A DNA stretch of 32,531 nt from Promethearchaeota archaeon (GTDB lineage: Archaea > Asgardarchaeota > Lokiarchaeia > Sigyniarchaeales > SOKP01). A model generated the notes under the pieces. It had not been told where the DNA came from and did not search any database. It saw only the letters and a program-made list of their open reading frames with translations. Made by a program: the position numbers and the translations under genes. Shown here in pieces: positions 7,611 through 16,338 of this stretch. Numbering within the stretch: the first letter of the stretch is position 1; every line of letters begins with the position of its first letter. Where the stretch lies: the NCBI GenBank assembly GCA_016839745.1, contig JAEOTS010000006.1, forward strand, positions 1-32,531, in the 5' to 3' direction.

Positions 7611-8720
7611 TTAAGACTTACCTAAAAAGTAAGCGAATATAGAACCGTTATCGTGACAGCTAATAAGAATATTTAACTCTGAATCATATTTGATGTCGTT
7701 AACACAGGAATTTTTGTTAATTTCAGCAATAATTTTACCAGAACCAGCGTTTACGATTAAGATATTCCCTTTAGTAGTTCCAATAATGACATAGGTCATC
7801 GAGAAAGTGTCTATATGAATAAGTGTTTCCACATTAACATTTGTAATCTCCCAAATATTCTCTAATTCCGAATTCAAACACATTAATTTTGAACTAAATT
7901 CAATATCCTTAATTTCGATAGAGTCATCAAAAAAAGCGAATGAATAGCTGCTGACTAATAGGTAAGACTTCTTCTCAAGGTTGAATGAGGAACATCTCCA
8001 TACAAAGTCATCAAATTCAATTGTTTTTAATTCTTCTTGAGAACTTTTATCAATTACATGAAGTTTTTTATCATCCCCACCGCAGACAATCAGTTCTTTT
8101 CTGTTTGATTTCATATATGATACGCACCGAATTTTTTCATTAAAGTGTTTAAACCAAAGGAGTTCTCCGTTTTCTCCTTTAAAAACACGGATTGTTCCGT
8201 CATTTCCACACGCTATAATCTCTTTTAGGGAGGGATTTTTTGTGTCTTGCCATATAATAGCCTCTCCAATTCCATCTCCGAATAATTGCCCCCATATTAA
8301 GGATCCGTCAATTGGATTCAAGCATCGCATACTTTTATCAATAGAATAAGCTATAATTTCTTTGTTACCATCATTATTAACATCGTCAAACAAAAAACCG
8401 CTAATAGAAGCACCAAATTGGTGTATCCAAAATGGATTTAATTCATAAGAGGTGATACATTTGTATGTTCTTAACAGACCATCTAAACCTGCTGTGATAA
8501 TTTCGTTTGTATTATCTAGTATCATCGCTTGCCATAGAGAGGAATTTTCTGAAATCTCTAATTCAGTTAATTTTTTTCCATTTAGAGAAAAAATATATAA
8601 TTTCCCGGATTTAGTAAATCCTATAATTTCCTTTTGACCGTTATTATTTACATCTCCAATTTCAATCCCAAGAATCTTTTCACTGGAGTAGAACTCCCAA
8701 TGTTCTTTAATACTAACCAT
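7611..8720 (-). CDS. Beta-propeller protein with FG-GAP/WD40-like blades
   Basis: GDVNNNGQKEII, DDVNNDGNKEII, ITAGLDGLLRTY, IACGNDGTIRVF, VCGGDDKKLHVID and ISCHDNGSIFAY. No signal peptide. Confidence 0.8.
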   Translation of the reverse strand: MVSIKEHWEFYSSEKILGIEIGDVNNNGQKEIIGFTKSGKLYIFSLNGKKLTELEISENSSLWQAMILDNTNEIITAGLDGLLRTYKCITSYELNPFWIHQFGASISGFLFDDVNNDGNKEIIAYSIDKSMRCLNPIDGSLIWGQLFGDGIGEAIIWQDTKNPSLKEIIACGNDGTIRVFKGENGELLWFKHFNEKIRCVSYMKSNRKELIVCGGDDKKLHVIDKSSQEELKTIEFDDFVWRCSSFNLEKKSYLLVSSYSFAFFDDSIEIKDIEFSSKLMCLNSELENIWEITNVNVETLIHIDTFSMTYVIIGTTKGNILIVNAGSGKIIAEINKNSCVNDIKYDSELNILISCHDNGSIFAYFLGKS

Positions 8721-8861
8721 TCTTTTATCAGTTTAACTTACACTAGTTTATTAAGAGTTAATTAAATGAAACAGATATAATTTTTAATAAAATATGATTA
8801 TAAATAAATTAAAAGTAAATTAAGAATAAATTTAATATAAAAATTTGTTGAGTGAAAACAA

Positions 8862-9296
8862 GTGTCAGAAGAAAGAAATATTGATCCTTTTTCGATATTG
8901 ATTTTAGTTCTTAGTGTTATTGCAATTGTAACGGAATTAATTGGTCCTTTCGCAGGTTTCTATCTAGGTGGTGGCAATTATAGATATTCATGTTTGGATT
9001 GTGAATATAGTACAGGGTTTGATTATACAATGCAAATTATAATTATAATACTATTCGTGATTCAAATAGTCATTGCTTTGAACGAACTGCTACCTAACAA
9101 ATTCATTCCTATGGATATCACAAAATTCGGTATATATTTAGCAATACTAAGTTGGGTCTTTGCAATCATTGCACTTGCCTCTTTTGGAATAGCTTATATG
9201 GCTTTTGAATGGTGGCCCGAATTAGGTTTTTATGGAATGGTTGTCGGTGGTCTTCTTAATACAATACTATTCTTTTTGCAACAAAGAAATAAATAA
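8862..9296 (+). CDS. Four-TM membrane protein with a CxxC in the first loop
   Basis: Four hydrophobic helices. GAGTGA SD 6 nt before GTG. T-tract after the stop. Confidence 0.8.
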   Translation: MSEERNIDPFSILILVLSVIAIVTELIGPFAGFYLGGGNYRYSCLDCEYSTGFDYTMQIIIIILFVIQIVIALNELLPNKFIPMDITKFGIYLAILSWVFAIIALASFGIAYMAFEWWPELGFYGMVVGGLLNTILFFLQQRNK

Positions 9297-9310
9297 TTCT
9301 TTTTTTTTTT
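9297..9310 (+). terminator. Oligo-T archaeal-type terminator
   Basis: Run of about 11 T immediately after the stop of 8862-9296. Confidence 0.5.
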
Positions 9311-9484
9311 ATATTTTCTGCAATTTTGAATTAAATCTCCTAAATTTTCTGATAATTATCTTTGATCATTTCTTATAATAAGAACGAAATTTAAATCTTT
9401 TACACAATTCTCATAAACAATGGTAATTATTTTATCAATACAAAAATTACTTAATTCCGAAAAAAAATAGAGAAGGAGTCGAAA

Positions 9485-9682
9485 ATGAGCTTTCAAATTA
9501 AGCTAGATTTAGATGGTTGCACTGGTTGTGGAACATGTTACGAAGTCTGCCCAAGTGAATGTTTCGGGGAACCAGAAGGCGGAAAGGTAAATGTAATCGA
9601 AGACAATAGAGATGATTGCGTCGGTTGCAGAGCTTGTGAAACCCAGTGTCCCGAGGAAGTAATCGAGATTATTGAGGAATAA
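9485..9682 (+). CDS. 2x[4Fe-4S] ferredoxin
   Basis: CTGCGTCYEVCP and CVGCRACETQCP. SD AAGGAG upstream. Confidence 0.95.
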   Translation: MSFQIKLDLDGCTGCGTCYEVCPSECFGEPEGGKVNVIEDNRDDCVGCRACETQCPEEVIEIIEE

Positions 9683-9786
9683 GAATCACAAAAACCTCTT
9701 AGATATTTTAGCGATTTTTTTTTTTATTATTTTAAATTACTTTTAAATTATTTTTTTGATGTTATATAGCTTTTTTAAAGAATAAG

Positions 9787-9810
9787 TTCGTGAAATCCGC
9801 CTTTCACGAA
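9787..9810. other. Perfect 9-bp hairpin between convergent genes
   Basis: TTCGTGAAA-tccgcc-TTTCACGAA. Confidence 0.6.
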
Positions 9811-9901
9811 GAATTATACTCACAACCCACATATGTAGAGATATATCTTAGTGTTATGATAAATAAAAGATTAAGGAAGATCTAGAACTTTTTCATCTTA
9901 A

Positions 9902-11014
9902 CTACCACAATAGAATCCTTCCGCAGTTTTTACAGGTTCCTTCGTTAATTTGCATATTAAGACAATTTTCATGGTAGGTAGTACCACATGATTGACACTT
10001 GTATATTTTTCCTGTATATTCGCCGTAATCGTATCCGCAGTAACTACATTTATCAGCATAAGAAAAATCGGTGCTATTTACATCTATTTCAACTATTTGG
10101 GCAGTTCCTGTTAAACCCATGTTTTGAGTGGAAGGATTTAAGTATTGATCACTAGGCACAGAGGGGGATGCTTGTTGTGGTTGAACATAAGTTTCTGGCT
10201 GTTCCCAATCGGACACATATCCTTTTGCGGGTGTTTTTGCTATTCCCATCTTCGTGGATACTTTTTCATCTAATATATTGGTCAATATTAGAGCTGAAGC
10301 ATATTTACCTTTTGCACCTCCTTTCTGTAGGTGCGTATGAGATATCAAATGAATAACACGCCCTCCCGCGTTTCCGTGGTCAAAGTAACAAAGTACAGGA
10401 TCTTCGCCCCATTTCTTTTGTATGTGATAAGACCGGATAAGAACACGAACTGCAGGATTAAGAACTTGTATCGGAAAAGACCTATTTTCAAGCCACCACT
10501 TAAATTCAGCTTTCTTTGTATCTTTAGCTGTCATTTTTTGCCACTTAGCTTGTTGTATTTCACTCAATACACCATCCAAGAAGGGGTGATTTGGTTCGAC
10601 AATTTGACACGCAACAACAGCATCAGCAGTTTTTTGTTGATTCCATCGAATATAACCGGGAAAGATATTCTCAACTATATGTCTTATAGCCCAATCAGTT
10701 GTTATTAACCATCCTCCTTTCAATGACACATACTCGCTGATTTTTGGGAATGCAGAGTGCGGGATTTTATCTCCGGGGCATCCGATCAACACAACATCGT
10801 AATCACTTAAATTATGTTTCATAATATCGTTTGGTTTAATCGTGATATGCTTCGCGGCGTACATGTGATCTATCACCTTTCTAGGGTGTTCGTAACGACC
10901 TTCAATCGCAAGTATTTTACCGTGTTTTTCTACTGCTTTTACAACATCCTTTTTATCAAGTGCTTCCATTTTACGCCGTTTGACTTCAGAATACAGATCT
11001 TTCCAACTACTCAT
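9902..11014 (-). CDS. Class I GATase-like fold domain + P/Q/S-rich linker + C-terminal C4HC3 RING-like zinc finger
   Basis: LSDYDVVLIGCPG..ISEYVSLKGGWLITTDWA. C-terminus CSYC-x13-CQSC-x4-HENC-x10-CKNC. Confidence 0.75.
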   Translation of the reverse strand: MSSWKDLYSEVKRRKMEALDKKDVVKAVEKHGKILAIEGRYEHPRKVIDHMYAAKHITIKPNDIMKHNLSDYDVVLIGCPGDKIPHSAFPKISEYVSLKGGWLITTDWAIRHIVENIFPGYIRWNQQKTADAVVACQIVEPNHPFLDGVLSEIQQAKWQKMTAKDTKKAEFKWWLENRSFPIQVLNPAVRVLIRSYHIQKKWGEDPVLCYFDHGNAGGRVIHLISHTHLQKGGAKGKYASALILTNILDEKVSTKMGIAKTPAKGYVSDWEQPETYVQPQQASPSVPSDQYLNPSTQNMGLTGTAQIVEIDVNSTDFSYADKCSYCGYDYGEYTGKIYKCQSCGTTYHENCLNMQINEGTCKNCGRILLW

Positions 11015-11098
11015 TAAATTATCTCTTTTAATAATGTTTTAAGGAATTAAATATTACTTTTTATAAGTAATAAAAAATAATTCATATATATATTTGCA

Positions 11099-12613
11099 TT
11101 GGAAGCGACATTTATGGAAGATTTAAAAGATTTTGGCGAGCCGTTAGAATTTTGGCAATATTTTTATGAAATTACGAAAATTCCTCGATGCTCGACTTAT
11201 GAAGATAAGATAAGAGAATATATTAAAAATGAAGCTGAGAAATTGGGGTTTCAAACTGAAGTTGATATGATAAAAAATTTAGTCGTACGAATTCCTTCAA
11301 ATAGAGGCTCTGAAGGTAATAAATTAAGAGTCGTACTCCAAAGCCACATGGATATAGTGTGTGAAAAAAACGAAAATGTACAACATGATTTCTCAAAAGA
11401 TCCCTTAAAATTAAAAACGATTGAAATTGAAAACGAGAGATGGTTAACTGCTGAAGGTACAACATTGGGTGCAGATAATGGTGTTGGGATCGCATATCAG
11501 CTAGCGATTATGAAAAAAATACATGATGGAAGCCTAGTTTTTGATGCTCTTGATTTAGATTTATTATTCACAGTTGATGAGGAGAGAGGACTTTCTGGTG
11601 CAAGTCAAATGGATAAGAATTTGATAAGTGGAAAATATTTGTTAAACCTTGATTCAGAAGAAGATAATAGATTTACCATTGGTTGTGCTGGAGGAAGGGT
11701 CTTTAAGGCTGAATTAAGCTACGAGAAAGAATTAGTAAACAACCCGAATATGAGGGCGATAAAACTCTCTATTTCTGGACTACTTGGTGGGCATTCAGGG
11801 ACAGATATTAACAAAAAAAGAGGGAACGCTTTAAAAATATTAACTGAAATAATCTGGAAAATAAGTTCAAAATTTAATATTCTTATTAATTCTCTAGAGG
11901 GAGGGAACTTAACTAATGCGATTCCTAGGGAGGCCAATGCTATTTTCTTTATAGATCAGAGCCATAAGAATGAACTTGAAGCATTTTTAAAAGAAATAAC
12001 CCCTAATATTAAGAATCTTTATGAAGGAACAGATTCGAACTTAGTATTTTCAATTGATCTCAAAAAGGACTTCACTGATAAAACATCATTTTCAAAGGAT
12101 TTCCAAAATAAATTAGTTAATCTCTTTTATTTAATACCAAATGGACCTATTTCTTTACACCCTACAAGCGAAGGATTAGTTCATACATCACTGAATTTTG
12201 CAGTGGTGCACACACTAGAAAATGTAATCGAATTCAAAGTAAGTACTAGAAGTTTAGAACAATATGATAAAGATACTTTATTTGAGAAGCTAGATACACT
12301 CTTTAAAATGTCTGGGTTAGTCATAAACATTGAAATAATTACTATCTATCCAAGTTGGCCACCAGATTTTAACTCAAAGTTAACTGAAATATCTAAACAA
12401 GTATATAAAAATCTTTTTGATAAAGAAGTAACTATCCAAGCGATTCATGCTGGATTGGAATGTGCCTTTTTTAGTTATTATTATCCAGATATGGATATGA
12501 TATCATTAGGACCATATGTACTTGGTGGGCATTCTCCTGACGAGCGGCTTAAAATAAAAAGTGTTGCGAAAATTTGGAAATTTTTAATTGCTTTACTCCA
12601 AAAATTAAACTAG
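11099..12613 (+). CDS. pepD: Aminoacyl-histidine (beta-Ala-His) dipeptidase, peptidase M20C
   Basis: LQSHMDIVCEK, TTLGADNGVG, TVDEERG, NLDSEE, GGHSG, NAIPRE, IHAGLEC and HSPDE. Confidence 0.95.
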   Translation: MEATFMEDLKDFGEPLEFWQYFYEITKIPRCSTYEDKIREYIKNEAEKLGFQTEVDMIKNLVVRIPSNRGSEGNKLRVVLQSHMDIVCEKNENVQHDFSKDPLKLKTIEIENERWLTAEGTTLGADNGVGIAYQLAIMKKIHDGSLVFDALDLDLLFTVDEERGLSGASQMDKNLISGKYLLNLDSEEDNRFTIGCAGGRVFKAELSYEKELVNNPNMRAIKLSISGLLGGHSGTDINKKRGNALKILTEIIWKISSKFNILINSLEGGNLTNAIPREANAIFFIDQSHKNELEAFLKEITPNIKNLYEGTDSNLVFSIDLKKDFTDKTSFSKDFQNKLVNLFYLIPNGPISLHPTSEGLVHTSLNFAVVHTLENVIEFKVSTRSLEQYDKDTLFEKLDTLFKMSGLVINIEIITIYPSWPPDFNSKLTEISKQVYKNLFDKEVTIQAIHAGLECAFFSYYYPDMDMISLGPYVLGGHSPDERLKIKSVAKIWKFLIALLQKLN

Positions 12614-12700
12614 ATATCTTGAATAATAATTTCTTTTTTTAAAAAAATTTTAATTCAAAAAAAATTTATTAATCAAAATAAACACAATTCGAAGATTGGT

Positions 12701-13231
12701 ATGCAAGAGGAAAGAAGAAACAAATCAAAAATTCCTAAAGAAGATGTAATAGGTTCAGAGACTGTTTTCGAAAAGATTAGAGGGAGAACTCCATGGATTT
12801 TTGGGAAAACACTTAGAAAACCTAAGATACTGTTTCCAGCATTAAAAACTTCGAAAATGGATATACCTCTTCCAGGTAAATCAATCGCAGTAATGGGGAT
12901 TTATCTCATTTTATTCCTTTTACAAACTGGAATAGTGTATCTATTATTTAGAGAAACTCCAGCCTTAGGTTCAGATCCACAATCCGGGACGCCACTTTTT
13001 CTATATCCCGATATTAATGAATCTTTCATAATTGAAGGCATCGTCGCATCGATTTTTATTTTCCTGTGTTCTATAGGTTTTATTTTATTATATCAGGCAT
13101 CTAAATACGTATACAATAAGAATATTGCAATACGATATTTAGTTGTAGGGATTACTTTGATTTTAATTGCTTTCTTCACACTCCAAGCAATGATTACGAT
13201 TAAGCTTGGAGAGACATTATTTAACGTTTAA
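12701..13231 (+). CDS. Oligosaccharyltransferase accessory subunit, OSTC/DC2 (OST3/OST6 TM family)-like
   Basis: Three TMs. GIVYLLFRETPALG...PLFLYPDINESFIIEGIVASIFIFLCSIGFILL parallels eukaryotic DC2 (GIIYDVIVEPPSVG...[25 protein letters not shown], from memory). Confidence 0.75.
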   Translation: MQEERRNKSKIPKEDVIGSETVFEKIRGRTPWIFGKTLRKPKILFPALKTSKMDIPLPGKSIAVMGIYLILFLLQTGIVYLLFRETPALGSDPQSGTPLFLYPDINESFIIEGIVASIFIFLCSIGFILLYQASKYVYNKNIAIRYLVVGITLILIAFFTLQAMITIKLGETLFNV

Positions 13232-13372
13232 CTAATTTCTATTCAAAATCAAAATATAAATTTCATTTTTTGGTTAAATAAAATAGCATAAATATGCCTA
13301 TTTTGACATGAAATTTAATTTAAAGAAAAAAAGAAAAGATTAAAAATTTTCTAAGCAATTTTAAAATTAGAT

Positions 13373-13786
13373 TTAGCTAAGGGATTCAACGTAAGATTTA
13401 TAAGAAGTTTCATCTAATAGATTTCCTTTCTCTGCATCCCAATTTGAAGCATCAATCTTGAATAACCACGCAGTAAGGGCGCCTTCGTTTATTTTCTCAG
13501 GTTCATCCATTAAATCACTATTTACTTCCTTAACTGTTCCTGAGACTGGGCAATAGATGTCTCCTACGGCTTTACTTGACTCAACTGTAGCGTCGATAGG
13601 GTCTGAAGATGGTTCATCTCCATCCATAGTAACTTGAGAAAGTTCAGCTCCTTCAAGTGCATCAACATCCACAAAGGAAATCTCTCCTAATTGCTCAGCA
13701 GCAAAGGGGGTAATTCCTACTTCACCATTTTCGTCATTATACCATTGGTGGGTTTTAGTATACCAATATGTCATGCTTTTTAACAA
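13373..13786 (-). CDS. gcvH: Glycine cleavage system H protein (lipoyl carrier)
   Basis: YTKTHQW, VGITPFAAEQLGEISFV, and the lipoyl-Lys motif VESSKAVGDIYCPVSGTV. Confidence 0.93.
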   Translation of the reverse strand: MLKSMTYWYTKTHQWYNDENGEVGITPFAAEQLGEISFVDVDALEGAELSQVTMDGDEPSSDPIDATVESSKAVGDIYCPVSGTVKEVNSDLMDEPEKINEGALTAWLFKIDASNWDAEKGNLLDETSYKSYVESLS

Positions 13787-13908
13787 CTCTTTGTTAACAA
13801 TTTTAGAAATTTATATAATATTGAATTTAATTGTATGATAAAATTAATTATATCATAGATTTAAAATTTTTTTATTGAAAATATTTTTTAAAATAAAATA
13901 GCTAAATA

Positions 13909-14748
13909 ATGAAGCATTCTATTAAGAAACAAATAGATTCTTATATTGATTTTGAAGATTGGTATTTTAAGATAATAAACGATTTAAATTTCGATTATCT
14001 GAAAGATCTGGATGCAAGAGATTTTTTATCTGGTATTTTGAGAGAAAAAAGCGAAGAATGGCGTCTTGAAGAATTATTACTTTCTTTTAATCAATTAATC
14101 CAAAATAAAAAACAAATTTTTATATATGGATGTGGTCCTTCGCTTGAAGAAACTGTCAATTATATATTAAAAATTAAACAAAAAATTCATTATACTAATA
14201 CGGTGAATTTAGTTGCTGATGGTGCAGCTCGATTATTGATACAAAGGAAAATTCCAATACACGCGATTTTTACGGATTTAGATGGAATTACTAGAGCCAA
14301 TTTTGATAAGTCCGAGTTTATAATTGTTCATGCCCATGGAGATAATATTTCCAGGTTGAAATATTTTAAGTACGAAATTTTAAACTTTCCAAACGTTATA
14401 GGAACGACCCAAGTAAAACCACTTGAAAATCTTGTCAATTCAGGGGGTTTTACTGACGGTGACAGGATTTTATTTTTTATTGCTTCTTTATTAATTCCTA
14501 CACATGAATTATTTCTTATTGGCATGGACTTTAATGACATTGTGGGCAAATACAGCAAACTTGAGATAGAAAGGAATCATGTAGCAGATTCTATTAAGCT
14601 AAAGAAGTTACAGTATGGATTGAAGCTAATTGAATGGCTATTGCCCCAAATTAATAATCCCGTTTATGTCGTCAATTCAAAAATCGATACAGTTAACTTG
14701 AAATGTCTAACATTAGAAATGTTTAAGAAGAAGATTATAAAAAGCTAA
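13909..14748 (+). CDS. mptE: 6-hydroxymethyl-7,8-dihydropterin pyrophosphokinase MptE-like (DUF115)
   Basis: GCGPSL, ADGA, TDLDG, HAHGDN, GTTQ, GGFTDGDR and GMDF. Confidence 0.88.
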   Translation: MKHSIKKQIDSYIDFEDWYFKIINDLNFDYLKDLDARDFLSGILREKSEEWRLEELLLSFNQLIQNKKQIFIYGCGPSLEETVNYILKIKQKIHYTNTVNLVADGAARLLIQRKIPIHAIFTDLDGITRANFDKSEFIIVHAHGDNISRLKYFKYEILNFPNVIGTTQVKPLENLVNSGGFTDGDRILFFIASLLIPTHELFLIGMDFNDIVGKYSKLEIERNHVADSIKLKKLQYGLKLIEWLLPQINNPVYVVNSKIDTVNLKCLTLEMFKKKIIKS

Positions 14749-14751
14749 CTT

Positions 14752-15528
14752 CTAAATTTTATAGTCTTCCAATCCTTTTTTAGTAATCATATAAAGTAAT
14801 TTTTTTTCTGGTAAAAGATGAGAGTTTAATAAATGAATATAACTCATATCATTTTCCCTATAACTTAAATGTAAAAACTCAGAAAAAAAATGATTCAAAT
14901 ACTGCATACCTACAGGGATCTCCTTTATAATTGCATTTTCGTTAAAATTGGGAGCAACTTGAGCTGTTAAAATGGTGATTAAATTATAGTTCTGAGTTAG
15001 ATCATTAATTTTTTCTAAAATCCTTAGAAATGTTGTTTTAGTTTTAAAAAATGATATTTCTTTATCACCACGCTCAAGTCTATAATAATTATTGATAGAG
15101 TCAACAATTAGTAGCTTAATGTTATTGTGTTCAATTATATTTTCAATCTCATTCATTTTTAATAGAAAAGCGGTATTACTCATAATTTTTGAAACTAAAA
15201 TGTTCTTTAAAGCTTTTTCACCATCAAGATTATTAGCAACTGCCAACTCTCTTATCCTTTCGGGACGAAATGTGTTTTCTGTATCTAAATAAATCAATTT
15301 TTGAGATTTACGGAAAGCTTGCATTGATAATTGATGACATAATTGAGTTTTTCCTGTTTTGTTTGCTCCAAAAACCACATATGTCTTTCTCGATTGAAAC
15401 CCCCCCCCTATAACTTTATTGACATTTTTTGAATTAGTTGAAATTTGATTTTTGCCTAAATCTATTTTTTCGATCTCACTAATGATATAATTTTTTTCTA
15501 AATAAACGGATTTTTTCAATTTACCCAT
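14752..15528 (-). CDS. RadA/Rad51 paralog (RecA ATPase core lacking the N-terminal HhH domain)
   Basis: Walker A GANKTGKTQLCHQL, YLDTENTFRPERI, Walker B LLIVDS. Confidence 0.88.
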   Translation of the reverse strand: MGKLKKSVYLEKNYIISEIEKIDLGKNQISTNSKNVNKVIGGGFQSRKTYVVFGANKTGKTQLCHQLSMQAFRKSQKLIYLDTENTFRPERIRELAVANNLDGEKALKNILVSKIMSNTAFLLKMNEIENIIEHNNIKLLIVDSINNYYRLERGDKEISFFKTKTTFLRILEKINDLTQNYNLITILTAQVAPNFNENAIIKEIPVGMQYLNHFFSEFLHLSYRENDMSYIHLLNSHLLPEKKLLYMITKKGLEDYKI

Positions 15529-15588
15529 ATTGATTTCATCTTTTAACGATTACTTTGACTAATATATTAATTATAATAAATTTAAAAA

Positions 15589-15608
15589 ATACGATTTTAT
15601 AATCGTAT
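15589..15608. promoter_or_regulatory. Palindromic putative operator in the divergent radA-paralog / TFEbeta-like intergenic region
   Basis: ATACGATT-ttat-AATCGTAT. Confidence 0.45.
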
Positions 15609-15729
15609 AATATTAGCAAAAATTAAATCGTAGAATTAATTTGTGATTAAACATTGAATATCACTTATATAAATTTTAAGATTTGCTTTTATTATAATAT
15701 ACATATAAATTTAGTTACATCCTTTTAAA

Positions 15730-16332
15730 ATGGCAAAAAAAAAGAAAGAAGTTTGTCCCTTTTGTGGAAATAGTTTTGCTTATCTTAGCCGCCACAAGTG
15801 TAAAGTTAAAGAGAGAGTTGAGGGTCCAGAAGAAAGCGAAAAATCTGATGCTGAAAGAAGATTAGAAAGAATAGAAGAAAGAAAACGAGAAGGTGTACGT
15901 GGTTTAAAGAAAGACGAACAAATGGTTTTCAAACATATAATGCAAGTAAAAGATATCTATTTTGATGAATTATTAGAGATTACAAATAAAGAACGAGTAG
16001 AACTCGATAAGATTTTAGATACATTATCTTTACAGTCTAAAATTAAAGTGACCCGTGAGTTAGTAGTAGCTTCATGGACAAAACATATTTCTTTACTTGA
16101 AACTTTTGATGTAAAAGTAAAGGATCGTAAATTTGATAAAAAGAAAAATGATTTCATATTAGATATTTTCTCTCACCAACCGTGTTTAATTTGCCCATTT
16201 GCTAGTAAATGTAATAATACAAATCTTGATCAATTTAATCCAAAACACTGTCCATGGTTATCTGATTGGATAAAATTATCTTTAGAAGGAAAACCTTATG
16301 AAAGAAATTTCGAAGGTGTAATAGAAGAATAA
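15730..16332 (+). CDS. TFEbeta / RNA polymerase III RPC34(C39)-like protein with an extra N-terminal zinc finger
   Basis: N-terminal CPFC..HKC, charged coil, winged-helix-like segment, and a C-terminal PCLICP..C..NPKHCPWLSDW matching the RPC34/TFEbeta [4Fe-4S] motif. Confidence 0.7.
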   Translation: MAKKKKEVCPFCGNSFAYLSRHKCKVKERVEGPEESEKSDAERRLERIEERKREGVRGLKKDEQMVFKHIMQVKDIYFDELLEITNKERVELDKILDTLSLQSKIKVTRELVVASWTKHISLLETFDVKVKDRKFDKKKNDFILDIFSHQPCLICPFASKCNNTNLDQFNPKHCPWLSDWIKLSLEGKPYERNFEGVIEE

Positions 16333-16338
16333 AGACAA

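Noticed and set aside
9787-9810. Hairpin as a Lokiarchaeal SECIS element
   Set aside because: Neither flanking gene shows an in-frame UGA at a Cys position, and I could not see the AUGA/GA core.
13280-13305. Imperfect inverted repeat between the OSTC-like gene and gcvH
   Set aside because: AT-rich and imperfect; compatible with chance or an ordinary terminator region.
13787-13810. Possible ATT-initiated extension of gcvH (ISKIVNKE-)
   Set aside because: In-frame TTG and ATG starts exist just downstream and no conserved motif requires the extension.
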